From Octopus sinensis (lineage: Eukaryota), in the NCBI RefSeq assembly GCF_006345805.1, contig NC_043015.1, positions 23,808,001 to 23,872,000 on the forward strand: a stretch of DNA of 64,000 nt, read 5' to 3'. The number at the start of each line of letters is the position of its first letter. Within the stretch, counting starts at the first letter, position 1. This document shows, piece by piece, positions 24,977 through 35,754 of this stretch. Position numbers and translations under genes: made by a program. The notes under the pieces were generated by a model. It saw nothing but the letters and a program-made list of their open reading frames with translations, did not search any database and was not told where the DNA came from.

Positions 24977-26611
24977 AATTTCCTAGATATTACCCTAGAC
25001 CTTAACTCCAAGCTACATTACCCATTTAGAAAGGAAGGCGAAGTCACGAATTACGTAAATAAATTATCAAATCATCCCCCAAATATAATAGAATCTTAGT
25101 AAGAAATATTTCATTAAGAATTTCAAAATTATCATCCAATAAGGATATATTTAACTCCCATTCTGAGCATTATAATGCGGCGTTAACTAAGGCTGGATAC
25201 AACCAAAAGATCACATTCGTTGATAGGGAGAACTCACGTATTCCTAATAATGAAGTTATCAGTAATCAAGTAAGCAGCAAAAAAGACAAAACCCGAAATA
25301 AAAGTAGAATTAATTAACGGTAAACGCTAATCTAGAGTACAGGCCCAACAATTCAAATAGAAGCATTGACCAGAACATAGGTAACTCGGATAAGATTGAA
25401 GTAGATAAACCTAAGATACACACAAATAAAAATAAAAATAATGTATAATAAATACAATAACTCGGTGGTGAGATGAATAGTAGTAATTCTACGAACCCTA
25501 AATTTTTAAAAAAGATATATTATGGCTGAATATTCCTTTCAACTGTGCGATACAATCGGATATACAGAACAAATTCAAAGTAATTCTGGAAAAAAATTTC
25601 CCTATCTCTCATAGATATCATAGAATTATTTCTAGGAAAACAGTTAGGATCTTATTCAACCCTCCCAAATATGTCCACTTTAATAGCTAAAATTAATAAT
25701 AACAACATTAAACTAGCCAGGAAAGATAGAAATAAAAATAATATTATCAGAATGAATACCAATAGCAAAACAATAATACTACCAACAACAATAAAAACAG
25801 CAAATGAACTATCAAAACATAGGTGAAATTAGTAACCACAGAATGACTAATAACATTACATTAATAGTAATAATAACAATGCCGATATTAATAGAAGTAA
25901 TATTGTTAATAATAGAAATAATAGAAATAAGGCTAATGGTGAAAATAGGGAGAATGAAAATATCAGTGATATCTATAACAATAATATACAGTTGGATAAA
26001 AAGACTAACATAATAATAACATTACGAATAATATAAGAAATCTTGGTAGGACTTTACACCTAAATGATGAAACGGAAGGATCAATAAATAATAGCAATAC
26101 TTTAGATATCAGTACCAACTATAGAAATGATAATCAAAATAATAGGAACCTTAAACATCTACCCAGGAATCCAAGGCCGAAGTTGTTCCTCCTGTGTGTA
26201 AGTGTAGAATAAAATCAAAATGCCGGCACCTGGTCTATGTAGGGAAAATAATGTAATCTATAAATGTACCATATCCACGGAGAATAACAAATATTTTTAC
26301 ATTGGCTGTACAATTAATTTTTAGCCAGAGTTAGAAATCACATCTCGACTTTTAAATTACGTCATAAAGCTGGTACCACCACACTTTCAAACAAAATCTG
26401 GGAACTCAAAAATAATAACAAAATTATACCTTAATGGGAAATAGTTAGGAGAGCAATTCCGTATAAAAATAGTAGGGTTGGTTGTCAACTATGCTCCATG
26501 GAGACGTACGAATTCTAAAGCATAGTAAAATAGAAACTTATGAATAACCATATCGAACTAGGTCAAGTTTGTGTCCACGCTAAATTGAAGACTTTAAAAT
26601 ATTTTAAATGA
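24977..26611 (+). pseudogene. Penelope-like RT C-terminus/thumb, linker and GIY-YIG endonuclease (frameshifted)
   Basis: [62 protein letters not shown]; ILWLNIPFNC..FPISHRYHRIISRKTVR; CKCR..NVIYKCTISTENNKYFYIGCT (VIY at 26253, YIG at 26298)..LSNKIWELK..WEIVRRAIPY..CQLC. An AAT-rich low-complexity expansion lies at ~25700-26150. Confidence 0.85.
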
Positions 26612-28012
26612 TTGGAATATTCATAACTAGATAGATAGATATAACTTGATTTCTACTAGTATAGCACTGCTTTAAGTAGATAACTAAGAGTTCTCACATA
26701 CAGTTATCTTATCCTTTTCCTATATCTACATCAGTTTTTTGAGAACAGGAAATGAATAGTACTATTCGCTACTTAATTGAGGCTTTATTTAATTTCAAAC
26801 TCGCAATTTTTAAATTCTTAATTTTAAATCTTAATTGTAATATTTAATTTTAATTCCTAACTTAATCTAATTTAAATAGCATAACTCTAATAAATTATAA
26901 TTAGTTACTGTAGCCCCATAATTCTATTTCATAATTAAATAAATAAGGCTATTCCCTCGGTGATAATATGATTATCTTCATTGGATAGACAATCCCCTAA
27001 CACCTTGTAAATGATCTTATAAGATTTGACCTGTAGTCGGTCAATGTATGAATAATAACGACAACTCCTTAAGACAATAAAATGAATAAATTAAATAAGT
27101 AAATTTTTAATGACTTTTTGATAAGATTATACTTAGATTTTCCTAATGTATTTTCTGGTGATTTTAGCATCTGACCCCTTAACCCCTGACTGTGTTATCT
27201 CTTTAGATTCTCTTTAAACTCATAGCTGATTTCAACAGCAATAAATTAACGGTTTACTGGTCAAAGAATAATATTCCCCCTCCAATTCCTAGATGCCTGT
27301 TGATTAAAACCAGACTTACAGTCTACTAGCTCTACTGTATAACTAGAACCCTCTTTTTTCTTTTTCTTTTTTTTCCCTTCTTTCCCTATTTCTTTCTCTT
27401 TTCTCTTTCTTCTTTTTCTTCTTCTTATTCTCTGTTTCTTTCTCTTCTCTTTTAGTCCCCCTTTCCCCCCCTTTTTTTGCTCCCTCCTCCATTATTTTCT
27501 CTCTTTTCTTCTATTCCCTTCTCTATTCTTGGCCGATCTAGTAAGCCCTTCAACCTTTAAGAGTTAAATAGCTACAGCCTCTTGTGAATAGAGTAGTGTG
27601 ATTAATATGGCAAAAACACCTAATCATATAACAAGGATTGGTACCTACCTCATTGTGTTCAACCATTGTAAAATTTATCGCCTGTGAATATGAAATTCAT
27701 CTCCATTTCTCTGGAAATTTACATCTACACCATTGGAATCTGTGCATATATACAAAGGATTAATTCACCCTCTCTGTAATGCTAATAACAATGGATAAAT
27801 TTGTCTTCTGTGAGTATATATAATCCATCATCATATCTATGGAAATTCATATGGATTAAGTCACCTTCTCTGTGATGCTTTTTTTAAAATTCTGTGATAA
27901 GACTATACATCATCTTTAAGGAACTTTAATGAACTTTAGAAATCTGTTTATTATCTACATTACTTCATGAGTATAGCCTCAAACACTAGGATGTCTAGAG
28001 AACTTACATGTA

Positions 28013-28103
28013 TTTTAGCTGATGAGTACGGGACTCGTTTATATGCTGTAATCTTTGCAACTTTTAATAAAACCTGTCCTTGTATGAAACGATCGTACTA
28101 AAA
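28013..28103 (+). ncRNA. Type I hammerhead ribozyme in the PLE 3' repeat (F3)
   Basis: UUUUAG CUGAUGA GUAC-GGGAC [long insert] GUCC-UUGUAU GAAAC GAUC GUA CUAAAA: perfect 6-bp stem I and palindromic stem III ACGAUCGU. Confidence 0.88.
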
Positions 28104-28250
28104 ACCTATCCATTCTTGTTGCTTCTTTCTCGCTTATAATCACCCCACATTACTGTATTGTTAAATCAGTATAGTTCTTTTTGGGCATCTAAGTTAGGTA
28201 CCAATTCAAGTAAATTTTTAAATTAACTTGAATCTTTATTGCTCTTTGTA

Positions 28251-28296
<46 letters not shown>

Positions 28297-28309
28297 ATAT
28301 ATATTGTGT

Positions 28310-28510
28310 GTGTGTGTGCGTGTGTATGTCTGTATCTGTTCCCCCGCCATTGCATGACAACAGATGCTGGTTCGTCAAAATAGACCGATAAAATAAGTAC
28401 TAACCTAACAAAGATTAAATCATGAGGTCCATTTCTTCGACTCATAACCTTTAAAGCGATGCTCTAACATGGCCGCAGTCAAATGAGTGAAACAATAAAA
28501 GAATAAAAGA
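28310..28510 (+). mobile_element. SINE family A, decayed 3' half
   Basis: GACCGATAAAATAAGTACT..CATGGCCGCAGTCAAATGAGTGAAAC..TAAAAGAATAAAAGA tail. Confidence 0.7.
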
Positions 28511-29991
28511 TCATGTGTGTGTGTCCTTTATTTAGAAAGTTTCTTTTCCAAACATCACGGCCCCCATCAGCTGTACGATTCTCTATAGTGCTCAGGACTG
28601 ATTTCATACGCAGTAGGATAACAATATTATTTTGAGCGTAGGTGTCCTTTTCATTCATAACTTTCTAGATAACATTGATAATAGATCAATAACTAAGCTA
28701 TACACGTTAACATATTCTAAATATAATATCAAGATGAAGTAAATGAGTATTATAAAATCAGCAATGTATTATGCATTGCTCATAATAAATGACGATGAAC
28801 ACGTCAACGATATCTATCAAATATCAGGTCACACATTTTTTTCCCCAGACATCCATGAAAATTTAATGAAACTAATTCTGTACTTCATGGCAGTCAGCAT
28901 AGTTGATTGTCATGAATTTGTAATGAATATTTAATGAAATACGCAATGAATTTTACTTAATATTAATTTTAGGAAATGTCTCTCTACACTGCAGTATATA
29001 AAATTTCTGGGATACAAAACTATAAGATATTTGTTGAAATTGTGCACATCCAATAACATGTTATTTTAAATATTTCCCATTGTAATATTTTGTAGATTTA
29101 GGTGCCAAAAATTCTTATAGGCACATACTTGATATATATTTGTATAATAAAATCTGTTATTGAAATACTATAAATGAGAGCAATTAATTGTTACTATAAT
29201 TACTCTTCCAGCCAATTAATAGGTTTTTATGTTTTGCATCACTCATAGCAGAAAAAAACATGAACAAGGGAAAATATAACCAGTCGTTGTTGCTATATGT
29301 ACAGAAACCAGCGACATAGAAATGGCCAACGGTCTAAGTTGAATGAACGATATGAAACATGGGAAATGACTGATCTTAGCTGAACCACAATCAACCCATC
29401 AGTACATACAATCTGAACATACAATGATTTATCGAATAACAAGAATATTTTGATGCCAACGTAAAAAATTATGCATAAAAAGCTCCATGAAAAATACAAA
29501 AGAAATAATTGCAGCAACGAATCAAGAGAGGTAATAGTAATGTTTGTTACATTATTGACATCGATGAAAACTACAGACGAGTTTGTTTAATACATTGACG
29601 TCTGCAACAGCGATCCAAGTCGAGGCGAGGGCATAACATTGCGACGTGTAGCTTATAGCGTACGAAAATAACAATGTGTACAAGACGAGAGGTAAGAGTC
29701 GACGGCAATGAGATTAAATATTTTGCAGGGTCAGCGTTCATGTTTAATGTAATGCCGAAGATAGCAACGAAGACTGAACGTCACATTCCATTTAAAGCAA
29801 TGGAAACTGGAGACTATACATAATACAATGTTTGATAGTTAACATTTCTTATTGAGATTGCGGAAATTGAGCTTATGCATATATTTCAATGCGAAAATAT
29901 CATACAATGTGCTAAATTCACGTTGCCGTTGCTTGAAAATATAATAAGCAGAGAATATATCGGAGGCTTTCAACAAACACGCACATACACA

Positions 29992-30064
<73 letters not shown>

Positions 30065-30067
<3 letters not shown>

Positions 30068-30384
30068 TCAAGACTCCGCCGGTTACGACGACGAGGGTCC
30101 CAGCTGATACGATCAACGGAACAGCTTGCTCGTGAAATTAACGTGCAAATGGCTGAGCATTCCACAGACACGTGTACCCTTAACGTAGTTCTCGGGGAAT
30201 AAACAGACGTGACACAGAGAGTGACAAGGCTGACCCTTTGAAATACAAGTACAACTCATTTTTGCCAGCTGAGTGGACTGGAGCAACGTGAAATAAAGTG
30301 TCTTGCTCAAGGACACAACGCGTCGCCGGGAATCGAACTCACAATCTTAGGAGCCGAATGCCCTAACCACTAAGCCACGCGCCC

Positions 30385-30389
<5 letters not shown>
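30065..30389 (-). mobile_element. tRNA-derived SINE family B, full length
   Basis: Minus strand reads GTGAGGGCGCGTGGCTTAGTGGTTAGGG (A box)..GAGTTCGATTCCCGG (B box)..GTGTCCTTGAGCAAGACACTTT. Further copies lie at 49490-49790, 2455-2610 and ~44095-44220. Confidence 0.9.
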
Positions 30390-30439
<50 letters not shown>

Positions 30440-30440
<1 letters not shown>

Positions 30441-30810
30441 AGTTCAGTAAAAATTTAAATTCAGATGAATATGGTACTTAAGTTGAAGGCATACAATTTG
30501 AAATATCCATACAATTTAAAATAAGCAGATTATAATCAAAATAAGCAACAAGGATATCCAGAGGTAATGCAGTACGATCGTTTCATCCATTTAATTGAAC
30601 AATGCAAATATTACATCAATTCAAAATGTAGAGAAATCTTCAGCTGCACAAAAAAAAACAGAATTTAATTAAATTCGAAGGACCAGCTTAAGATTGCTCT
30701 ACATTTTAAATTGATGTAATGTTTGCATTGTTCAATTAAATGTAGTCGCATGAAACAATCGTACTGCATTACCTCTGGATATCCTTGTTGCTTATTTTGA
30801 TTAGACATAT
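30440..30810. mobile_element. Fold-back HHR element family F4
   Basis: 30532-30646 and 30684-30808 are inverted arms around a short A/T spacer. The HHR on minus (30567-30649) reads GUGCAG CUGAAGA..GAAAC GAUC GUA CUGCAU with an imperfect stem II base. The plus copy (30684-30769) is degenerate (CUUAAGA). (TA)n on both sides. Confidence 0.75.
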
Positions 30811-30839
30811 ACTTATATATGCATGCATATATGTATATG

Positions 30840-30893
<54 letters not shown>

Positions 30894-31074
30894 CGTGTGT
30901 ATGCAATAATAAATCTCTGAGCGAGGTATAAACAGTAGCTACACGTCACCGTGAAATATATTAGCCACTTAAATGTGGCTAACCCTTGAGGGTGGATGCT
31001 ACTGCAGTTTGTAGATCCAGGAAGACACCTCCTCCAGCTGGCTATTGACACACTTTCTGTGCCTTGACGTGATA

Positions 31075-31119
31075 CACACGGACCCGAGTCTCTGTGTATT
31101 GACCCGTCATTAGCGTGTG
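31075..31119 (-). ncRNA. Hammerhead-like motif (F5, GAGAC variant)
   Basis: CACACG CUAAUGA cgggucaauacaca GAGAC UCGG GUC CGUGUG, with a perfect stem I. The paired copy at 33018-33062 (+) reads CACACG CUGAUAA c GGGU caau ACCC a GAGAC UCGG AUC CGUGUG, so the consensus core is CUGAUGA. Confidence 0.5.
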
Positions 31120-31440
31120 ACAGTCAGCCACATTTAAGTGGAAAATACACTTCACGATGTCGTGCAGCTACTCTTTATATCTAGCTCAGAGATTTATTGT
31201 TGCTTGTTTACACTTTTCCGAGATTAGTGACTTTTCGTCACGGGTAAAAGGATATATATATTTGCATTGAGAACCAATCCACATCGTCAAACGGTGGTTG
31301 CTACTATTGCGTGTTGGTTGTGATTTCGTCGATGTGAGTTCGAATCGTTACACACTGATATTGTATGCTTGTTGTAGGTTTCCCCGCGTGGGTGAACCAG
31401 GATTCGTTGGATTGTGTAAATTATTGAGAATAGACAAAGT

Positions 31441-32682
31441 TACGCAGCGGCAACGACACAAGGAATAAATACCAACGCCCTGGAATTGCAGGGAATAGAA
31501 ATGGACACAAGAAAGAGGAAGGAAGGAAGAAAATTTGTAAAAAAGGAGGGAACCAGTCTAAAGCTAACTCCCCCAGAAGAACTGATGAAAATTATAGGGA
31601 AGAGGACGGTAGTATACAGAACGTTGTCTACGTCCTCGAACAAGACAGAGGCAGCCCCAACAGAAGAAATAGAGGAATGCCTCAAAAGGTGAAAAAATTG
31701 ACCACGTCCTATACACGTGGAAAGAAGTATGGCTCAGTGGAAGTAAGGTTTAGCAACGAAGAAGATGCCATAAACCACTCCACGGCGCTGTTACGGACAA
31801 CAGAATGGATACTACTCCCGACGTACTGTGGCAAACGCTTTGCCAGAGTGTGAGTTGAAAGAGTACCCCAGAAATCTAGGAAGAATGGCTGGTAGCAGCC
31901 ATAATTCACGATATGAAGGATGGGGCAGAGATCCTCAAGATAACGAGGTCGATTGGTGGGGATATAACCTCGAAGTGACTATGCAGGTATATTTGGAAGA
32001 CTTGCATAGTATAACGGGGGAAATAATACAACTGGAAGACAGCAGACTTCGAATAACAGTGAAGACCACCAACATGATTCCTTTTCAGCAAAAGGGGCAC
32101 AAGAAAGCAAGATGTCCCGAGAAGGAAAACGAAGAGGAGAAGAAAAGTGAAAAATACAATACCGAAGAGGTAGTACCAACGAAAGGGACAGATAGAGTGG
32201 AGGAACCCTTCACAGTAGTAAACACGAAGAAGAGAAAGGGACGGGTGAATTCTCCCCCACACAGTAAAAAAAAAGGCTAAAGGAGATTGTGATAGAAGGA
32301 AAGAGTAATAGGTGTGAAGCACCAACAAAAGCACTAGTGAAAGAAGTCACAAAGGAAAAAACAGCTTTACAACAGGGAGAAAAAGGAAGCGTTCATAATA
32401 TTTGTTGTGATGTTTCTGCACGCCCAAACAGATCAGGCCGGGAGCCGCAAAGGTAAAGAAATAGTGAAAACGATTGTAAAATTTAAATCGGCAATAAGAG
32501 TAAAGTTGCCGCCAGGAAAATACTCGGAATACACAAAAGGAATAGTCATAGATAACGAGAGATTTTTGAAATCAAGAGAGATGTATGGACTTTTCATAGA
32601 CCCGCTGGAGGTTGAAATCGAGTTTGAAGAGCTTCCACCAGTCTTGGAATTAGAAGATTCGAAACACTTTATGAACATGTAA
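31441..32682 (+). pseudogene. Gag-like ORF1 of L1/Tx1 type with a CCHC zinc knuckle (frameshifted)
   Basis: YAAATTQG..; RGKKYGSVEVRFSNEEDA..LLPTYCGKRFARVxVERVP; EVTMQVYLEDLHSI..IQLEDSRLRITV; RPPT[C>stop]FL[C, 1-nt loss]QQKGHKKARCP (32075-32115), followed by a Lys/Glu-rich tail. Confidence 0.7.
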
Positions 32683-33219
32683 AAACAGGTAAAATTTGTA
32701 CTTCATATATAAAAAGAACGAGGAAAATGTACTGTTAAAAAGTTTAAAGCAAACAGAAAAAATCGATCCAAAAGATAACAAAAAGTAAGAAAAAGCGAAC
32801 GAAAAATGGGAGAAAAAGAAAAGACTGTAAGAACGTTTAATTGTGAAAAAGTAATCGTGGTTTCGTCTCGGAGCGGGACCGTGAGAGCCGTCTCATATTC
32901 ATTATAATTTAATTCATTGTAATTCATTCTTTCAATTTTTTTTTTTGTTCTTGCATATTTGTGTATGTCCCCTCTGTATAGGCCTTGTGCCTATAATAAC
33001 GTGAAACCGGTGATTGTCACACGCTGATAACGGGTCAATACCCAGAGACTCGGATCCGTGTGTATTACATCAGGTTGTAAATGGGAAGGATGGGTTCCCT
33101 TTGATAGAGATTAGAAAGTGTGTCAAAAGCCAGCTGGAGAAAGTGTCTTCCTGTGGCTACAAGCTACAGTAGCATCCACCCTTAAGGGTTAACCACATTG
33201 AAGTGGCAAATATATTTCA

Positions 33220-33254
<35 letters not shown>

Positions 33255-33460
33255 TGATACATATCCACTCGTGACCTGGAAAGAGCACCTCTGATCAAGC
33301 CTGGTGCCTTCCTAACCAACCTGGCCTCGGAAAATCTGACTGATAAACCGTGCCGTCAGATCCTTGGGTAATTATTCTTCTCGCGGGGACTTGTGAATTA
33401 AGTCAATAAAACAAATTTTAGAGTTGAAAATCATTGAAAATTATTACGTTTTATTTTCAG

Positions 33461-33478
33461 AGTGTAACTCACACAGCT
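33461..33478 (+). other. Candidate 18-nt microexon
   Basis: TTATTACGTTTTATTTTCAG | AGTGTAACTCACACAGCT | GTAAGT: consensus splice sites, length divisible by 3, open in two frames. No host gene identified. Confidence 0.3.
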
Positions 33479-35388
33479 GTAAGTGTAACTTTTTTATTGC
33501 TAACTTTGCTTCTACGCAAAATATTATGGCTCATCTTGGTAGTTTGGGCTCCAGTGATTGAACCTGAAATACGAGGGCTGGAAAGGCCTTCAGTTGCGTT
33601 TGGAGCACAAGAGGAATTAGCTTTTTTTAATGTATCTTTAAGCCTACGTCAACGTTGATTGAACCACTACATCCCTGCTGTATTCTTGTTTCATATGGAC
33701 GCCCACATCGTTAAGATATTAAATAGCTGAAGATATTTCACAAGAAATGTCTAATGGGAGCATAGGAGCATACCTCATCAAATGTCTTATGCGATGGATT
33801 GGTTATGTCTTTGCGTTGATGATGTCAGGTTCGCTGCACAAACCCATAAAGTACGTTCATGATAACACCAAAACATCGTCAAGTTCTTGAAAATAAGTAT
33901 TCTTGAATAAGAACTTCTCCAACTAAACAGTTGGGAATGGCAATGATTAGTTTGTGAAAATTCAAAATTTCCTTCAAATAGTGGGGCATAATTCACACAA
34001 ACTGCAGGATGTTGTACTACAGTATGGTCAATGGTTCGGAAACAATGACAATGCGCTTACAAAAGCTTGACAACCATTACTATGGAGTCACACATTAGGG
34101 AATAAATATCTGTAGATTATGTCTACGAATCTCCAGCAGTTGCAGCGGGGCTATGTTGCTCTTTTGTGGCCAAAGTTTGATAGAGTTGTAATGGGATGGA
34201 AATTTGTCTCAGAAAAAAATCAAAATCTACAGATTTTCCTTTCCTGTGGATCCTCATCGACTAGGTGCTACCTACTCATCTGTGGAACGTGGTGGTAAGG
34301 CGGTCAAAACTGTTAAAAGCATAAGACTCAGGTAAGACAGTGGGGCGGCGTAACATTCAACAAGAAATAAGTATCGAGTTGCAGACCACTATACACACTT
34401 ATTCAGACACATGCACAGACACACGTATACATATATAAACATAGAGATGTAAAAATGCACATCATCTCCCAACCGACCCTTACCGATACTGGAACGTTGG
34501 AGTATGTATTGTGTCTTCAAACAACAGCTTTACAGTATATCTTTTTTTTATCTTTGGCGCGCAGAAACATATTATATATATATATATATATATGTATGTA
34601 TATATGTAGAGCGAGCAGGAGAGGGAGAGAGGGAGTTTTAACAACAAGTTATTAGTATCACTATGCCTTAGCGAAATCATAAAATACATAGATAGATAGA
34701 TAAATAGATAGGTTACGCACACATTAACATGCAAACTCAAAAACGCACACACAAATTGTCTATCAAACACACACATATATATAGAGATAGAGATGAAGAG
34801 TAAGAGAGAAAGATTTCCTTTCTCTTCGCTCTAAATTACCCCAGCGCAAGACAGCATAAACAAAATTAATTTTAAAAAATATAGAATAATAAAATTGCAG
34901 AATAAGAGATAACACAAAAAAATATGAATAAATAAATTAGGAACCCAGTCTCTTCTATATTCTCCATTGTAATTTCGTTATATAAAGAAACAAACACGAC
35001 TAATTTTTATTCATCTATTCAGAGAATGAAATAGTAACATTCTGTCGTAGATGGAGTGAAAAAAACTAATAATAAAACTTAACTTCATCGGAATCTCTTG
35101 AGATATATCGTATCTATTGATATTTTTTCAATAAATATCAAAGAATATGGTTTACGTCTGTTCATTTTTCATTTCATTTTCTCCTCAGTTTATCAATAAC
35201 GTGCAATGAATAATAAGTGTTTTTCAGATCCTATCTTCTTTGCGGAATCTTCAGGAACTATAAAAATAATAATAATAATAATAATAATAATAAGAAGGAC
35301 TTAATGAGAAATGAAATACTGTGTTAAATCTAGTGTGCATATATGTGTATATCTGATTATTCATACATACATATATACATATGTATCT

Positions 35389-35487
<99 letters not shown>

Positions 35488-35713
35488 TATGAAACTGTTA
35501 TCGATTCAATATCTGTAAGACTACTTAGTCTCACATACCAAAGAGTATATGCACTCATTACGTTCAGAAATTCCGACAGATATTCTGTTTGTGGGAGTCT
35601 TTCAATACATTGAAGTAGATCACAACGCATATGTGTGTATATGTGTGGGGTATTTTTATGTATATGCTTGTACACACACATATGTTTATATATATATATA
35701 TAATATATATATA

Positions 35714-35754
<41 letters not shown>

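Larger units (their letters stand above)
24717..28133 (+). mobile_element. 5'-truncated Penelope-like retroelement whose 3' terminus is duplicated in inverted orientation at the 5' end
   Basis: 24717-24963 is the reverse complement of 27888-28133 (~246 bp, only a 1-nt indel noticed). The interior has a decayed RT C-terminus and GIY-YIG endonuclease, and each terminal repeat carries an HHR. Confidence 0.88.
30905..33221 (+). mobile_element. Composite element: inverted HHR-like repeats (F5) enclosing an L1/Tx1-type ORF1 without ORF2
   Basis: Inverted arms lie at 30950-31123 and 33014-33221. The outer part of the repeat recurs in sense orientation at ~31124-31200. A decayed ORF1 and a Tx1-like 3' tail (TGTCCCCTCTGTATAGGCCTTGTGCCTATAATAA, ~32965-32998) lie inside. 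Confidence 0.65.

Noticed and set aside
30300-30389. tRNA-like A/B boxes in SINE heads (also 560-653 and 43085-43160)
   Set aside because: No complete cloverleaf, and each continues into a SINE body, so they are not tRNA genes.
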